Notes: generated by a model not told the origin, from the sequence alone. Shown: positions 40,725-50,127, counted from the first letter of the stretch. The stretch: 50,446 nucleotides of DNA from an uncultured Gammaproteobacteria bacterium (GCA_964435575.1 CAYSZS010000005.1:1-50446); one strand, 5' to 3'. Numbers and translations: made by a program.

Positions 40725-42005
40725 ATGGCTGAAAGTAAAACAATATCTCTTCCAAAGGGTACTCAAGTTCCGGATCATGTTGCGATTATTCTTGACGGTA
40801 ATCGCAGATGGGCAAGGGCAAGAGGTTTACATACTTTGGAAGGACACAAGGCGGGGTTCGAAGCTGCAAGGAAGGTTGCTAAATCTGCGCGAGCTTTGGG
40901 CATTCACACACTTACGGTCTGGGGATTTTCTACTGAGAATTGGGATCGTTCAAAAGAAGAAATAGACTACCTAATGGGATTGTATTGGCAATTTGTTAAG
41001 GATGTAAGAAAAGATGCAAAAAAAGATGGAGTGAGGTTCGTACATTTGGGCAGAAAAGATCGATTCCCAAGAGATTTAATCCGCTTTATGTCTAAAGTTG
41101 AAGAAGAAACGAAAAATAACACAAAACACGTTTTTAATGCCGCGCTTGATTATGGTGGTAGGGATGAAATTATTAGAGCTGTTAAAAAAATTGTGAGCGA
41201 TAAAGTACCAGTGGAGAAAATTGATGAGAAATTACTCGCTTCATATTTAGATACCGCGGATCAACCTTACCCTTATGTTGATCTCTTAATACGAACCTCG
41301 GGAGAACAGAGGACAAGCGGGTTATTACCATGGCAGATGGCTTATGCTGAGTACTATTGGGAACTTGATCACCTTCCTGATTTTACTGCAGAAAAATTAA
41401 GAAATATTTTAATAGACTATTCTAGAAGGAGAAGGCGGTTTGGAGGGAATGATGTTCAGGAGCATCTTAAATTTAAACCGGAAGTTTCTGCAAAGTTGGA
41501 ACTTAATTGGTGGAGGTTGAGGAAAATTCCGGAAGGGACAAGATTTAGAGATTACGCAATACAGCATCTTAAAGAACAGTACGGGTTGTCAAAAGAGTTG
41601 GCAATTGAAGCGGCAAAGCTCATGACTCAGGCAGTTGTGAGTGGAGAAGAGAAGAGATGGGAACAGGCAAAGAGGCCTCTGAAAAAGTTTTATCGACTAA
41701 TTAAAGACGAACTGAAACTTGCTTTTGAACCGTCATTGGCAACATCCCTGGAAATCAAATTGTGGCAGGACTTGAGCGACAAGGAATCGATTGAACAGGC
41801 TTACGATATCGAGGATGTGGCAAGACAGCTTTATGCCGAGGTTTACAGAATCTCTCTTTTTCAGGCGGCAAAACTAGCCCATTTAAGAGTTCTAGCTGGA
41901 GTTGAGAGAAATTTAGCCGAGCGCGGAATGGGTGAACACCACTGGGCACGCGCCGAAGACTATCTTCAAAAATTTTATAGCGCACTTAAAGAGAGAGTTG
42001 CTTAG
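40725..42005 (+). CDS. uppS: Undecaprenyl/isoprenyl diphosphate synthase (cis-prenyltransferase) with ~180-aa C-terminal repeat extension
   Basis: HVAIILDGNRRWA, TVWGFSTENW, IRTSGEQRTSGLLPWQ, YSRRRRRFGG. Extension aa 248-426 carries LELNWWRL and LEIKLWQDL repeats. Confidence 0.88.
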   Translation: MAESKTISLPKGTQVPDHVAIILDGNRRWARARGLHTLEGHKAGFEAARKVAKSARALGIHTLTVWGFSTENWDRSKEEIDYLMGLYWQFVKDVRKDAKKDGVRFVHLGRKDRFPRDLIRFMSKVEEETKNNTKHVFNAALDYGGRDEIIRAVKKIVSDKVPVEKIDEKLLASYLDTADQPYPYVDLLIRTSGEQRTSGLLPWQMAYAEYYWELDHLPDFTAEKLRNILIDYSRRRRRFGGNDVQEHLKFKPEVSAKLELNWWRLRKIPEGTRFRDYAIQHLKEQYGLSKELAIEAAKLMTQAVVSGEEKRWEQAKRPLKKFYRLIKDELKLAFEPSLATSLEIKLWQDLSDKESIEQAYDIEDVARQLYAEVYRISLFQAAKLAHLRVLAGVERNLAERGMGEHHWARAEDYLQKFYSALKERVA

Positions 42006-43825
42006 ATCTTCTTTAATTTTATTGCAAGTTTTTCGGTTTCGGAAAGTAAGTCTTCGACTTCACTCAGACCTTTTTCCCAGAAAGTTTTATCGGTTATATC
42101 AATCCCCAATTTATTAAATATATTTTTAGGCGAATCCGATGTTCCTGCTGATAGAAATTCTTTGACCTTTACGATAAATTTAGAATCTTTTTTGACCGAT
42201 GACTGTAGCGACTTAGAAATCAAAAGACCGCTTGCATATGAGTAAACGTAGAAAAAATATCTGAAATGTTGGACATGGATCCACCAATTTTGGCTTCCTT
42301 CAGATTGTTCAACAAAGGGGCCCATATATGAAGCCATATGTTTTTGAAAAAGTTCTCCTATCTCGGCTTTACTTAAATAACCCTTTTCCCGTAATTTTTT
42401 ATGAAGTTCCCATTCAAAATTGTAAAAAGCCACTTGTCTGAATATTGTTGAAATTTCTTCGTCCAATTTCATAATTAAAAGAGTAAGTTTAAGCTCTTCA
42501 TCGGCCGTTTCTAGAAGGTGCTCGAGAACAAAATCTTCCATAAAAGTAGACGCAACTTCGGTTGAAGCAGTACTTGTTCCGAAATTCACTGAATTTTGGG
42601 CTTTTTTTACAAATTCAAAGTTAATTCCGTGTCCCATTTCATGGGCAAAAGTCAAAACGTCATTAAGCTTATCCGTCCAATTCAAAAGAGAATAGGTCGG
42701 GTGAATTATCAAGCCATATGTGCAAAAGGCCCCGGAATATTTTCCCTTTTTTGGGTAAACATCTATTCTTCCTTCATTCACAAATTTTGTAAATATTTCT
42801 GCAAATTCCGGATCAAGATTTCCAAAAACTTTAGTTAATATGTCAACACTTTCCTCATAGTTATACTTTTTGTCTATTTCTCCGTACTCTACATTTCGCT
42901 CGTGGTAGGCTAACTTGGGAACCTTAAGAAGTTTTGCTTTAAGTTTGTAGTATCTTTTGGGGATATCAAAGTGTTTAGTTACGGTTTTTGTCAACGCATC
43001 CACAACTTCGGTTTCAATGTCGTCCCCGATATGCCTTGATTTATCCGGCCTGTCAAACCCCCGAAGTTCGTCATTAATTTTTTTATTTAGAAAAACTGAA
43101 TTTAGCTCATGCTCGGAGACGTCTGAATGCTTATAGAGTATTGTATTAAAAGCTTCAGCTGCTTTATCTCTCGCCTTTTTGTTACGACTTCTCATAAGAC
43201 CTGTTAAATCCGTAAAGTTTTTAACCGTCTTTTTGCCCTCCTCGTCTAAAACATTTGCCTCTTCTTTTGTCAGAAATCCTTGAGTCATTTTTACCCAATT
43301 TGCGTGTGAAGTTATCCCTTTCAGGTTCAATATTTTTTCCTCCGGCTCGGAAAGTAAATACTTTGATTTAATAAAGAGGTGTTCCAAAAAGTGTTTGTAA
43401 GGAGCAATTGGTTTATAAGTTAAAAATTTTTTCTGAAGTTTTGGCTTAATTTTTGCTATTCTTAACTTGAAAAATTCCATATCGTTTTCTATTTTTTTCG
43501 AAAACTCGGTTGCTTTATTTTCGTGTGCTTTAAGATTTGGGTCGTTTTGGTCTTGGGAAGTTCTTAAATGAAAATAATAATCTTCTTGGGAATTAAATCC
43601 ATAAAACCTCAACCAGTTTTCATAGTCGTCTAAAGCTTTTTTAAGAATAACAGGACTTAATAAGTAATCGCCACGGCTTTTCCATTTTTTAACGAAACTA
43701 TTTGTTGCAGTCAAAACCCTTTTTCTTTGTTTTTCTATTTTCGGATCATTATCCGACTTAAAAAGAGGCGATAAATCCCAAGTAATTTTCATCTTGTTCA
43801 TTTTATCTTCCTGAGATTGTATCAT
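42002..43825 (-). CDS. pepF: Oligoendopeptidase F (M3B metallopeptidase)
   Basis: HEMGHGINF zinc motif, about 600 aa, PepF-like N-terminus (W.L..LF). The true start may be an internal Met (MNKMK). Confidence 0.85.
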   Translation of the reverse strand: MIQSQEDKMNKMKITWDLSPLFKSDNDPKIEKQRKRVLTATNSFVKKWKSRGDYLLSPVILKKALDDYENWLRFYGFNSQEDYYFHLRTSQDQNDPNLKAHENKATEFSKKIENDMEFFKLRIAKIKPKLQKKFLTYKPIAPYKHFLEHLFIKSKYLLSEPEEKILNLKGITSHANWVKMTQGFLTKEEANVLDEEGKKTVKNFTDLTGLMRSRNKKARDKAAEAFNTILYKHSDVSEHELNSVFLNKKINDELRGFDRPDKSRHIGDDIETEVVDALTKTVTKHFDIPKRYYKLKAKLLKVPKLAYHERNVEYGEIDKKYNYEESVDILTKVFGNLDPEFAEIFTKFVNEGRIDVYPKKGKYSGAFCTYGLIIHPTYSLLNWTDKLNDVLTFAHEMGHGINFEFVKKAQNSVNFGTSTASTEVASTFMEDFVLEHLLETADEELKLTLLIMKLDEEISTIFRQVAFYNFEWELHKKLREKGYLSKAEIGELFQKHMASYMGPFVEQSEGSQNWWIHVQHFRYFFYVYSYASGLLISKSLQSSVKKDSKFIVKVKEFLSAGTSDSPKNIFNKLGIDITDKTFWEKGLSEVEDLLSETEKLAIKLKKI

Positions 43826-43841
43826 ATGTAATATATAGAAT

Positions 43842-44615
43842 ATGGGTTCAATAAGTCTTTTATTAATCTATTCATTTATTGGTAGTGTTGCAGGATTAAT
43901 TGGTGGAGTAATCCTGCTTTTTAAAAAGGACTGGGCGAAGGCGCTTGCATCTGTCTCTGTTCCTCTGGCTGCCGGAATACTTTTAGCACTCTCTCTTCTT
44001 GATCTTTTGCCTGAAGCGGTTGAGGAAGTGGGAGAAACCGCTTTTAGTGTAATCTTAGTTGTTTTTGTAGTACTTTTCCTGATTGAGAGGTTTTTCTTTT
44101 ATCTTCACCATCACCAGGAAACCGGCGAGAAACATGCGGGACACAGTCATGTTCAAGGCGAGGAAATTGTGCCTTTAATTATTTTCGGAGACACTATACA
44201 TAACTTTCTCGATGGAGTAGTAATAGGCGCAACCTTTTTGGTTAACCCCACGCTTGCTATGGTTGTTTCCTTTTCAACTTTCTTGCACGAAACTCCCCAT
44301 GAAATTGCTGATTTCGGAATTCTTCTTTCGAAGGGTTGGAGTAGAAAAAAGGCATTTTGGGCTAACTTTTTTTCATCGCTGGCAACTTTTCCCGGAGCAA
44401 TACTTACTTATTTTTACGCCGAGAGAATTGAGGCGGGCGTTGGAATACTTTTGGCATTGGCAACAGGCTTTTTTCTTTATGTTGCGACAACGGATTTTTT
44501 GCCCGAAGCTACTCACGCTCCAAGAAAGTTTTTAGGCCAGCAGGCGATTTTTTTGATAATAGGAATTTTGGCAATTGTTGGAATTAGAATTCTTTTCCCC
44601 GAAATCGGTCACTAG
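43842..44615 (+). CDS. ZIP-family divalent metal (zinc) transporter
   Basis: His-rich loop HHHQETGEKHAGHSH, HNFLDGVVIG, HETPHEIADFG. Multi-TM. Confidence 0.85.
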   Translation: MGSISLLLIYSFIGSVAGLIGGVILLFKKDWAKALASVSVPLAAGILLALSLLDLLPEAVEEVGETAFSVILVVFVVLFLIERFFFYLHHHQETGEKHAGHSHVQGEEIVPLIIFGDTIHNFLDGVVIGATFLVNPTLAMVVSFSTFLHETPHEIADFGILLSKGWSRKKAFWANFFSSLATFPGAILTYFYAERIEAGVGILLALATGFFLYVATTDFLPEATHAPRKFLGQQAIFLIIGILAIVGIRILFPEIGH

Positions 44616-44619
44616 AGTT

Positions 44620-45339
44620 TTAAGGAAAAATAGCTAGTTTTAGACCTGCAGTAAAGAGAAAAAGTGCGATTATTTTTCTGAACTTATTTTTAGAAATATC
44701 ATCTATAAAATTTTTGGCCAATTTTGATCCTACAAAAGAAATTGGAACGAAAAGAAAAAGTCCCCAAAGTAGATTGCCGGTAAGTCTGGTTCCACCAAAA
44801 AAATATGTGACTAGGCGTGCAGGATCTATGAAAATTGCAATTGCACCCGAGGTAAAAAGATAGGTTTCTTTAGGTAGATTAAAGGCGGATAAAAACATAG
44901 CCCTTACAGGCCCGCCTATTCCGAAAGTCCCCGCAATAAGTCCTGATAAAGTGCCGCCTAAACCAGCACTTATCCGTGTTTGGGGGATCTTAAATTTAGG
45001 CTTGGCGGTGATTAGAAAAACGTAAAAAAGCAAAAGCACGCCCAATAATCGTATAAGAATTGTCTGTGGCTCTGAAACTGCAAGTTTCGCTCCGAGTGAA
45101 CTTGCTATTACGCCCGGAACTCCGAAAGATAAAAGTAGTTTCCAGTTGACCCCTTGTCTAAAAAGAATTATTTCCCAAAGGTCGTCGAAAAAATGGATTA
45201 TTCCGATAAATAGAAGTGCGATAGGGTAAGGGATAAAAAAGAGCATGATGGGAAGCATAATTGTCGAAGAACCAAATCCTGCCATAGTTCCGACAAAGCT
45301 TGCGAAAAGAGTAAGAAGGCTAATTAATATTATTTCCAC
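44620..45339 (-). CDS. TauE/SafE (DUF81) family membrane anion exporter
   Basis: About 8 TM segments with duplicated G-rich motifs (GFGSST, GIGGPV). Confidence 0.75.
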   Translation of the reverse strand: MEIILISLLTLFASFVGTMAGFGSSTIMLPIMLFFIPYPIALLFIGIIHFFDDLWEIILFRQGVNWKLLLSFGVPGVIASSLGAKLAVSEPQTILIRLLGVLLLFYVFLITAKPKFKIPQTRISAGLGGTLSGLIAGTFGIGGPVRAMFLSAFNLPKETYLFTSGAIAIFIDPARLVTYFFGGTRLTGNLLWGLFLFVPISFVGSKLAKNFIDDISKNKFRKIIALFLFTAGLKLAIFP

Positions 45340-45378
45340 CCTTTAAGGATAACACAATAGAATTCTGAAGAAGACGCG

Positions 45379-45696
45379 TTATTTAAAGGTAAATTTAAAT
45401 TCCTTACCCACTGCATCGGCAATTTTGTAGAGTGTGGCAATTGTTACATTTTGTTCTCCAGACTCAATTCTTGAAATGAATTCTCTTTTAACATCCATTT
45501 TCTTAGCAAGTGCCTGTTGAGAAAGTCTTGCTTTCTGTCTTAGCTTTCGTAACTCCCAAGCAGCCATTAAGTATCTTGCTCTTTCCTTTATTCTTTTCTG
45601 TCTTTCATTGGGATAACTTGCAAAAAGATCATCATAATCAATCAATTTTCCAGTTCTCAATCCCTCCTTGATTTTTTTATAACTAATTTTGCTCAT
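45379..45696 (-). CDS. XRE-family HTH antitoxin (HigA-like)
   Basis: LSQQALAKKMDVKREFISRIESGEQNVTIATLYKIADAVG. Confidence 0.8.
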   Translation of the reverse strand: MSKISYKKIKEGLRTGKLIDYDDLFASYPNERQKRIKERARYLMAAWELRKLRQKARLSQQALAKKMDVKREFISRIESGEQNVTIATLYKIADAVGKEFKFTFK

Positions 45697-46015
45697 ATTG
45701 TTTTAACCTCCTTTGTGCATTCTTAATTTTTTTAACAGGTGTCTTTTGAGTTTTTTTCCTGAAAAAATGTAAGACTAAAATATTTGTTTTCCCAAAATAG
45801 GTAAATAAACCTCGATATTCACCTTTAATTTTTACTCTAACTTCAAAAATATCTTTAGAAATCTTTTTACCTTCGGGAGATTCAAGCCTTCCTTTTTTCC
45901 TAAGCGTATCTAGAGATGCTTGAAATTCATCCTGTACTTCTAAAGAAAATTCCTTAAGTTCTTTCCCTGCATTTTCGTCAATTACAATTTTCTTTTCCAG
46001 ATAGTAACTTAAAAG
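45683..46015 (-). CDS. Gp49/HigB-like (RelE-fold) toxin, no canonical start codon in the open frame
   Basis: Own translation: ...IVIDENAGKELKEFSLEVQDEF...IFEVRVKIKGEYRGLFTYFGKTNILVLHFFRKKTQKTPVKKIKNAQRRLKQYEQN-TAG. KKTQKTP motif is typical of DUF891/Gp49. Overlaps the antitoxin start by 14 nt. Confidence 0.6.
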   Translation of the reverse strand, partial: LLSYYLEKKIVIDENAGKELKEFSLEVQDEFQASLDTLRKKGRLESPEGKKISKDIFEVRVKIKGEYRGLFTYFGKTNILVLHFFRKKTQKTPVKKIKNAQRRLKQYEQN

Positions 46016-46025
46016 TTACATTCTG

Positions 46026-46700
46026 TCAAGAGGTTTCGATTTCGAAATTGCGTAGGTTTTCTATCAACGGACGAACTTTTTCTTCGGTAATATCTTCTGG
46101 TTTGATTTTGCAATGAGCGAAAATTTGTTTTTCTATACTTTTCCAAGCAGATGCTAGTTTATCAAATTCAGCCTCCGATCGTTTTTTTCGTTTATAACCA
46201 TATCTTTTCTTAAGTTCCGATAATCTGTTTTTTAACGTATCAACCCTATAAGGAGCTATCCTCATATCAGAATACTTTATGATTTTTCTTTCGAATCTTT
46301 TAGAGTCTGCTATTTCCAGAGTATAAGAGAACTCAAGATTGTGAAGGATGTCTGTGATGTTTTGGTCTAAACCAATTTCGTTAATAATATTTATGGTGGC
46401 GGTGTGATCGTTACTTCCATATTTTTCGATAAATTCGTTTTGTACTCTCAACCAATAGCCTAAGTCTTTCTCTTTAGTAATTTCAGGCGGCCATTTGTTG
46501 AAATCTGACTTTACGATATTACCAATGTCGTGTAAAAGACATGCTGGTATTATTAAATTTTTATCTACTGGTTTTTGAAAGTTATCGGAAATCATTGATG
46601 CAACTGCAGCAACCCTCAACATATGATCTTGAAGTCGGGGCATGATTTTGTATTTTTTGTAGATTTCAGAGACTTTCATAAAAATAGTAGTTAGTAGCAA
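46026..46700 (-). CDS. HD-domain phosphohydrolase-like protein
   Basis: H...LLHDIGN...D pattern (RVAAVASM, CLLHDIGNIV). Confidence 0.7.
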   Translation of the reverse strand: MLLTTIFMKVSEIYKKYKIMPRLQDHMLRVAAVASMISDNFQKPVDKNLIIPACLLHDIGNIVKSDFNKWPPEITKEKDLGYWLRVQNEFIEKYGSNDHTATINIINEIGLDQNITDILHNLEFSYTLEIADSKRFERKIIKYSDMRIAPYRVDTLKNRLSELKKRYGYKRKKRSEAEFDKLASAWKSIEKQIFAHCKIKPEDITEEKVRPLIENLRNFEIETS

Positions 46701-46718
46701 GTAGTATGTAGCATGGGA

Positions 46719-47081
46719 TTATCTGGATTTAATACTTTTTATTAGACCTGTAATTAGCTTGTGAACAATAACTGTTTGTTCCCAAACATCATGAAACTCA
46801 TTTTCAGGCAGGTATCTGATATCCTTTGATATTATCAGTTGATTTTGTAATTCTGTCAATGAAGCTTGTGCTAAATAATAAAACTGGATTTTTTCTTTAT
46901 CGCCATGTCTTCCAAATCCTTCTGCAATGTTGCTAGTTATAGAAATGACAGCTCGAAGCATTTGCGAAACTAAAATAAATGTTTCCTGCCTTGGATAGTT
47001 CTCAACTATTCTGTAAATTGTTAACACTAAATTGTGAGCTTCCTTCCAAGTGTTCAGTTCAGTAAAAGATTTAATTCCCAT
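46719..47081 (-). CDS. Four-helix-bundle protein (23S rRNA intervening-sequence protein family)
   Basis: 120 aa. QMLRAVISITSNIAEGFGR and Y.LAQASL.ELQ.Q pattern typical of TIGR02436-type proteins. Confidence 0.75.
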   Translation of the reverse strand: MGIKSFTELNTWKEAHNLVLTIYRIVENYPRQETFILVSQMLRAVISITSNIAEGFGRHGDKEKIQFYYLAQASLTELQNQLIISKDIRYLPENEFHDVWEQTVIVHKLITGLIKSIKSR

Positions 47082-47155
47082 ACTACTTTCTACATTCTAC
47101 ATGCTGCAAATAATATATTGTTGTCTTTTTTCAAAAGTGCTAAGATTAATTTGAA

Positions 47156-47905
47156 ATGGAAGGATTTTTGTTAGTTTTATTAGGTATAGGTTTTCTTCTA
47201 GTTTTATCTAGCCTTAAGGTTATAGATCAGTACGAGCGGGGAATTGTTCTGACATTGGGTTCATACTCTTATACACTTCAGCCGGGTTTGAGAATTATTA
47301 TTCCGATTATTCAGCGGGTAATAAAAGTTGATATTCGTATTACAACCTCGGATATTCCTCAACAGGAAGTAATCACAAAAGATAATGTTCCTGTCGGGAT
47401 TAATGCCGTTGTCTATTTTCAGGTTACAAAACCCGAGGATGCGGTTTTGAAAATTCAGGATTATGCATATGCCGTAACCCAATATGCTCAAACTGCTCTA
47501 AGGGATGTCATTGGCGGAGTTGAGCTTGATACTCTTTTAACTGAGCGCCAAAAAATTGCTGATGAGATTAAGGCTATTGTTGATAAAGAAACTATAAACT
47601 GGGGAATTGATGTTACCGCAATTAAGATTCAAGATATTGAACTTCCAGCGGACATGAAGCGTGCAATGGCAAAACAAGCTGAAGCGGAAAGAGAAAGAAG
47701 AGCCACGATTATCCGCTCCCAGGGAGAGCTGTCAGCATCGGAGAATTTGCAAAAGGCAATGGAGAAAATGGCCGGCTCTGGTGCAATTTCTCTTCGCACG
47801 CTTCAAACGATTGAGGCGACAACCGCCAACCCTTCAAATACTGTTGTCTTCGCGCTTCCCACAGAGGTTCTCCAGGGACTAAAAAACTTGGTGGGGCACA
47901 AATAG
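47156..47905 (+). CDS. SPFH/band-7 (stomatin-like) membrane protein
   Basis: N-terminal TM, then VIDQYERGIVLTLG, TKDNVPV, LRDVIG, AEAERERRA. Confidence 0.88.
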   Translation: MEGFLLVLLGIGFLLVLSSLKVIDQYERGIVLTLGSYSYTLQPGLRIIIPIIQRVIKVDIRITTSDIPQQEVITKDNVPVGINAVVYFQVTKPEDAVLKIQDYAYAVTQYAQTALRDVIGGVELDTLLTERQKIADEIKAIVDKETINWGIDVTAIKIQDIELPADMKRAMAKQAEAERERRATIIRSQGELSASENLQKAMEKMAGSGAISLRTLQTIEATTANPSNTVVFALPTEVLQGLKNLVGHK

Positions 47906-47937
47906 AGATCCTTCGACCTTGCTCAGGATGATCAAGA

Positions 47938-48603
47938 CTACTTGATCACCTTCAAAAATTCTTCTGCGATTTGGGAAGTTTGGGCTGAGGGTTGGTAGAA
48001 TTCTTTCCAGACAACGACAATATTAGCGTCGTTAAATATCGCTCTTTGAACTTCACGGATAGTGTCCCCTCCTGCAATGGCAATTAAAACGTCATAACTT
48101 GCCCGAACTTTATTTATTTGGATGTAGGGGATTGGTTTATCACGATTGTATGTTTCCTCATCGACCCCTCTATGTAAAACTACAACATGAGGTTGTTTTT
48201 TGAGCTTTCGTAAAATTTTTATCGGATGCTCAACGTTCATCATATCCAGCATGCTGTCAAGACCAAATTCGTGACAGGACTCAACGAAAATATTAATTGT
48301 TTCAATAGGCGCTTGACCGAGTGCTATTGCACCAGATGCTCCCGCTATGTGGGCAAGTTCTACTTCCGTCTCACCCCTGTCCATTGTTTTTAAATCGGCG
48401 ACAACATAAGCTTCCGGTCTTGAATTTTTTAAAAACCTGATTGCGTCAATTCCGTAGTGTTTGATGAGAGGAGTTCCTGCTTCAAGCAGGATTCTGTCGC
48501 TTTGGGGTAAAGTTCTTATAATTGCGGCGGCTTCAGAAAGTGTACTATTTAACGCAACCTGAAGATATTTTTTCCGTCTGTCCAATGTGGGAACGTCAAT
48601 CAT
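47938..48603 (-). CDS. 3-hexulose-6-phosphate synthase / OMP-decarboxylase superfamily protein
   Basis: LQVALN, EAGTPLIK, VADLKTMDRGE, LHRGVDE, AIAGGD. Confidence 0.7.
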   Translation of the reverse strand: MIDVPTLDRRKKYLQVALNSTLSEAAAIIRTLPQSDRILLEAGTPLIKHYGIDAIRFLKNSRPEAYVVADLKTMDRGETEVELAHIAGASGAIALGQAPIETINIFVESCHEFGLDSMLDMMNVEHPIKILRKLKKQPHVVVLHRGVDEETYNRDKPIPYIQINKVRASYDVLIAIAGGDTIREVQRAIFNDANIVVVWKEFYQPSAQTSQIAEEFLKVIK

Positions 48604-48656
48604 ATTTCAGCTTCAATTTAATCACGATGAGTGTTAAAATACAATTGTGTCAAATA

Positions 48657-48729
48657 CGGGGTGTGGCGTAGTTGGTAGCGCACTCGGATGGGGTCCGAGA
48701 GGCCGCCGGTTCGAGCCCGGCCACCCCGA
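48657..48729 (+). tRNA. tRNA-Pro (anticodon GGG), CCA not encoded
   Basis: Acceptor CGGGGTG/CACCCCG (C1-G72 and A73, typical of bacterial tRNA-Pro). Anticodon stem CTCGG/CCGAG with loop ATGGGGT. T arm GCCGG-TTCGAGC-CCGGC. Confidence 0.9.
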
Positions 48730-48739
48730 CTTATATTTT

Positions 48740-49204
48740 ATGTTTAATCATGATCCCAAAAACTATCGATGTCCGTTATGTGCCATAAGGGATGGAATTG
48801 AAGGCGACTTTCCTTATTCAAAACAGGCAGATATATTTTTCAAAGATGAGTTTACAACTGCAATTATAGCATCGCATTGGTGGCCGACAAATAAGGGCCA
48901 CGTACTTATATTTCCAAACGAGCACGTAGAAAATATTTATGATATTAGTGACGAATTACTGTCAAGAGTACATTCTTTTGCTAAAAAAGTCGCCATTGCG
49001 ATGAAAGAGTTATATAGATGTGGGGGGATTACTGTCAGACAAAACAATGAGCAGCCTGGTGACCAAGACGTATGGCATTTCCACTTACATGTTTTCCCAA
49101 GATATACAGGAGATAGTATCGATCAAACCTCCGGATTAAGACAATTAAGTGAGCCAGAAAAGCGCGTTCCTTACTCAGAAAAATTAAAACGCTATTTCAG
49201 TTAA
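48740..49204 (+). CDS. HIT-family nucleotide hydrolase/transferase
   Basis: Histidine triad HFHLHVFPR. N-terminal CPLC. Start set at ATG 48740 just after tRNA-Pro. Confidence 0.85.
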   Translation: MFNHDPKNYRCPLCAIRDGIEGDFPYSKQADIFFKDEFTTAIIASHWWPTNKGHVLIFPNEHVENIYDISDELLSRVHSFAKKVAIAMKELYRCGGITVRQNNEQPGDQDVWHFHLHVFPRYTGDSIDQTSGLRQLSEPEKRVPYSEKLKRYFS

Positions 49205-49233
49205 TTTCTTATCAACTTGACCATAAAAAACCT

Positions 49234-49707
49234 ATGAAGTCAGACGATTACTCCAGTTTTCTTGACTCCTGGTTTTCAAATATTGAAAAATCGGGAATAG
49301 ATATTTCAGGTTTTCCTTTGGACCACTTAGGATATAGTGTTGGTTCTAGTGAAGAGTACGAGGAAACTAAAAAAGAATTTTTTAAAAAAAAGGATAAGTT
49401 AGCAAGTGAGATAATTTTTTCAGGCAGAAGGGTTGCCGTTATCCAACTTTTAAAACCTTTGGAGTATAGAGATTATCATATCTCTGCGATAGAACTATTG
49501 GAACCTAAGAAGGGTGAAAAAACATTCACGGGATTTGAACATGCGGAGTTTATAATTAGTGAGCCATTCGAGGACATGGTCAAAAAATATCCAAAACTCC
49601 CTTGGGACACAAACAACATTAATAAGCCTGATTTCCCAAGACTAAAACTCGTGTTTGATAACGAAATGGAATTAAAGTTCCGCCACACTCCTATCCTCAA
49701 GTCCTAA
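49234..49707 (+). CDS. YecM-like VOC-superfamily protein
   Basis: LDHLGYSV, ELLEPK...FTGFEHAEFII pattern resembles YecM (COG3102). Confidence 0.6.
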   Translation: MKSDDYSSFLDSWFSNIEKSGIDISGFPLDHLGYSVGSSEEYEETKKEFFKKKDKLASEIIFSGRRVAVIQLLKPLEYRDYHISAIELLEPKKGEKTFTGFEHAEFIISEPFEDMVKKYPKLPWDTNNINKPDFPRLKLVFDNEMELKFRHTPILKS

Positions 49708-49746
49708 TTCAATATCCTATTCCTGGTACCCCGACATTGCAGGACA

Positions 49747-50127
49747 TTAAACCTCAAAAAATTTTATTTCTTGGATGGTTTTGAAGTGTTTTTTGTTTAA
49801 TGTCCAAAACTCTACATTTTCTGTGGTAGCCGAAGCGGCTATAAAAGAGTCTGCAATATTGAATTTTGCATTTAGGCCATATTTAAGTAGTAACTGATAG
49901 GCACGGAAAGATATTTCCTCACGAATATCTAAGATATCAAAATATTCTAAGAAATCTTTGTTGATGTTTTTTTCTCGCTTGTTCCTTGAACCATAAATGA
50001 ATTCACAAGCTGAGATTCTTGAAATAAATACCTTTTCCTTTATTTCATTGAATATTTTGAGCGTGCTTTGGTGATTTTTCTGGAGATTGATTAATACGGA
50101 GGTATCTAACAGAATTCTACTTCCCAT
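49747..50127 (-). CDS. vapC: PIN-domain toxin (VapC-like)
   Basis: ILLDTSVLI (first acidic residue), ...DSFIAASA. 126 aa. Overlaps the upstream antitoxin gene by 11 nt. Confidence 0.8.
   Translation of the reverse strand: MGSRILLDTSVLINLQKNHQSTLKIFNEIKEKVFISRISACEFIYGSRNKREKNINKDFLEYFDILDIREEISFRAYQLLLKYGLNAKFNIADSFIAASATTENVEFWTLNKKHFKTIQEIKFFEV

Noticed and set aside
48647-48739. Upstream extension of the HIT gene (MSNTGCGVVGSALGWGPRGRRFEPGHPDLYF)
   Set aside because: It is a translation through tRNA-Pro. The start was moved to ATG 48740.
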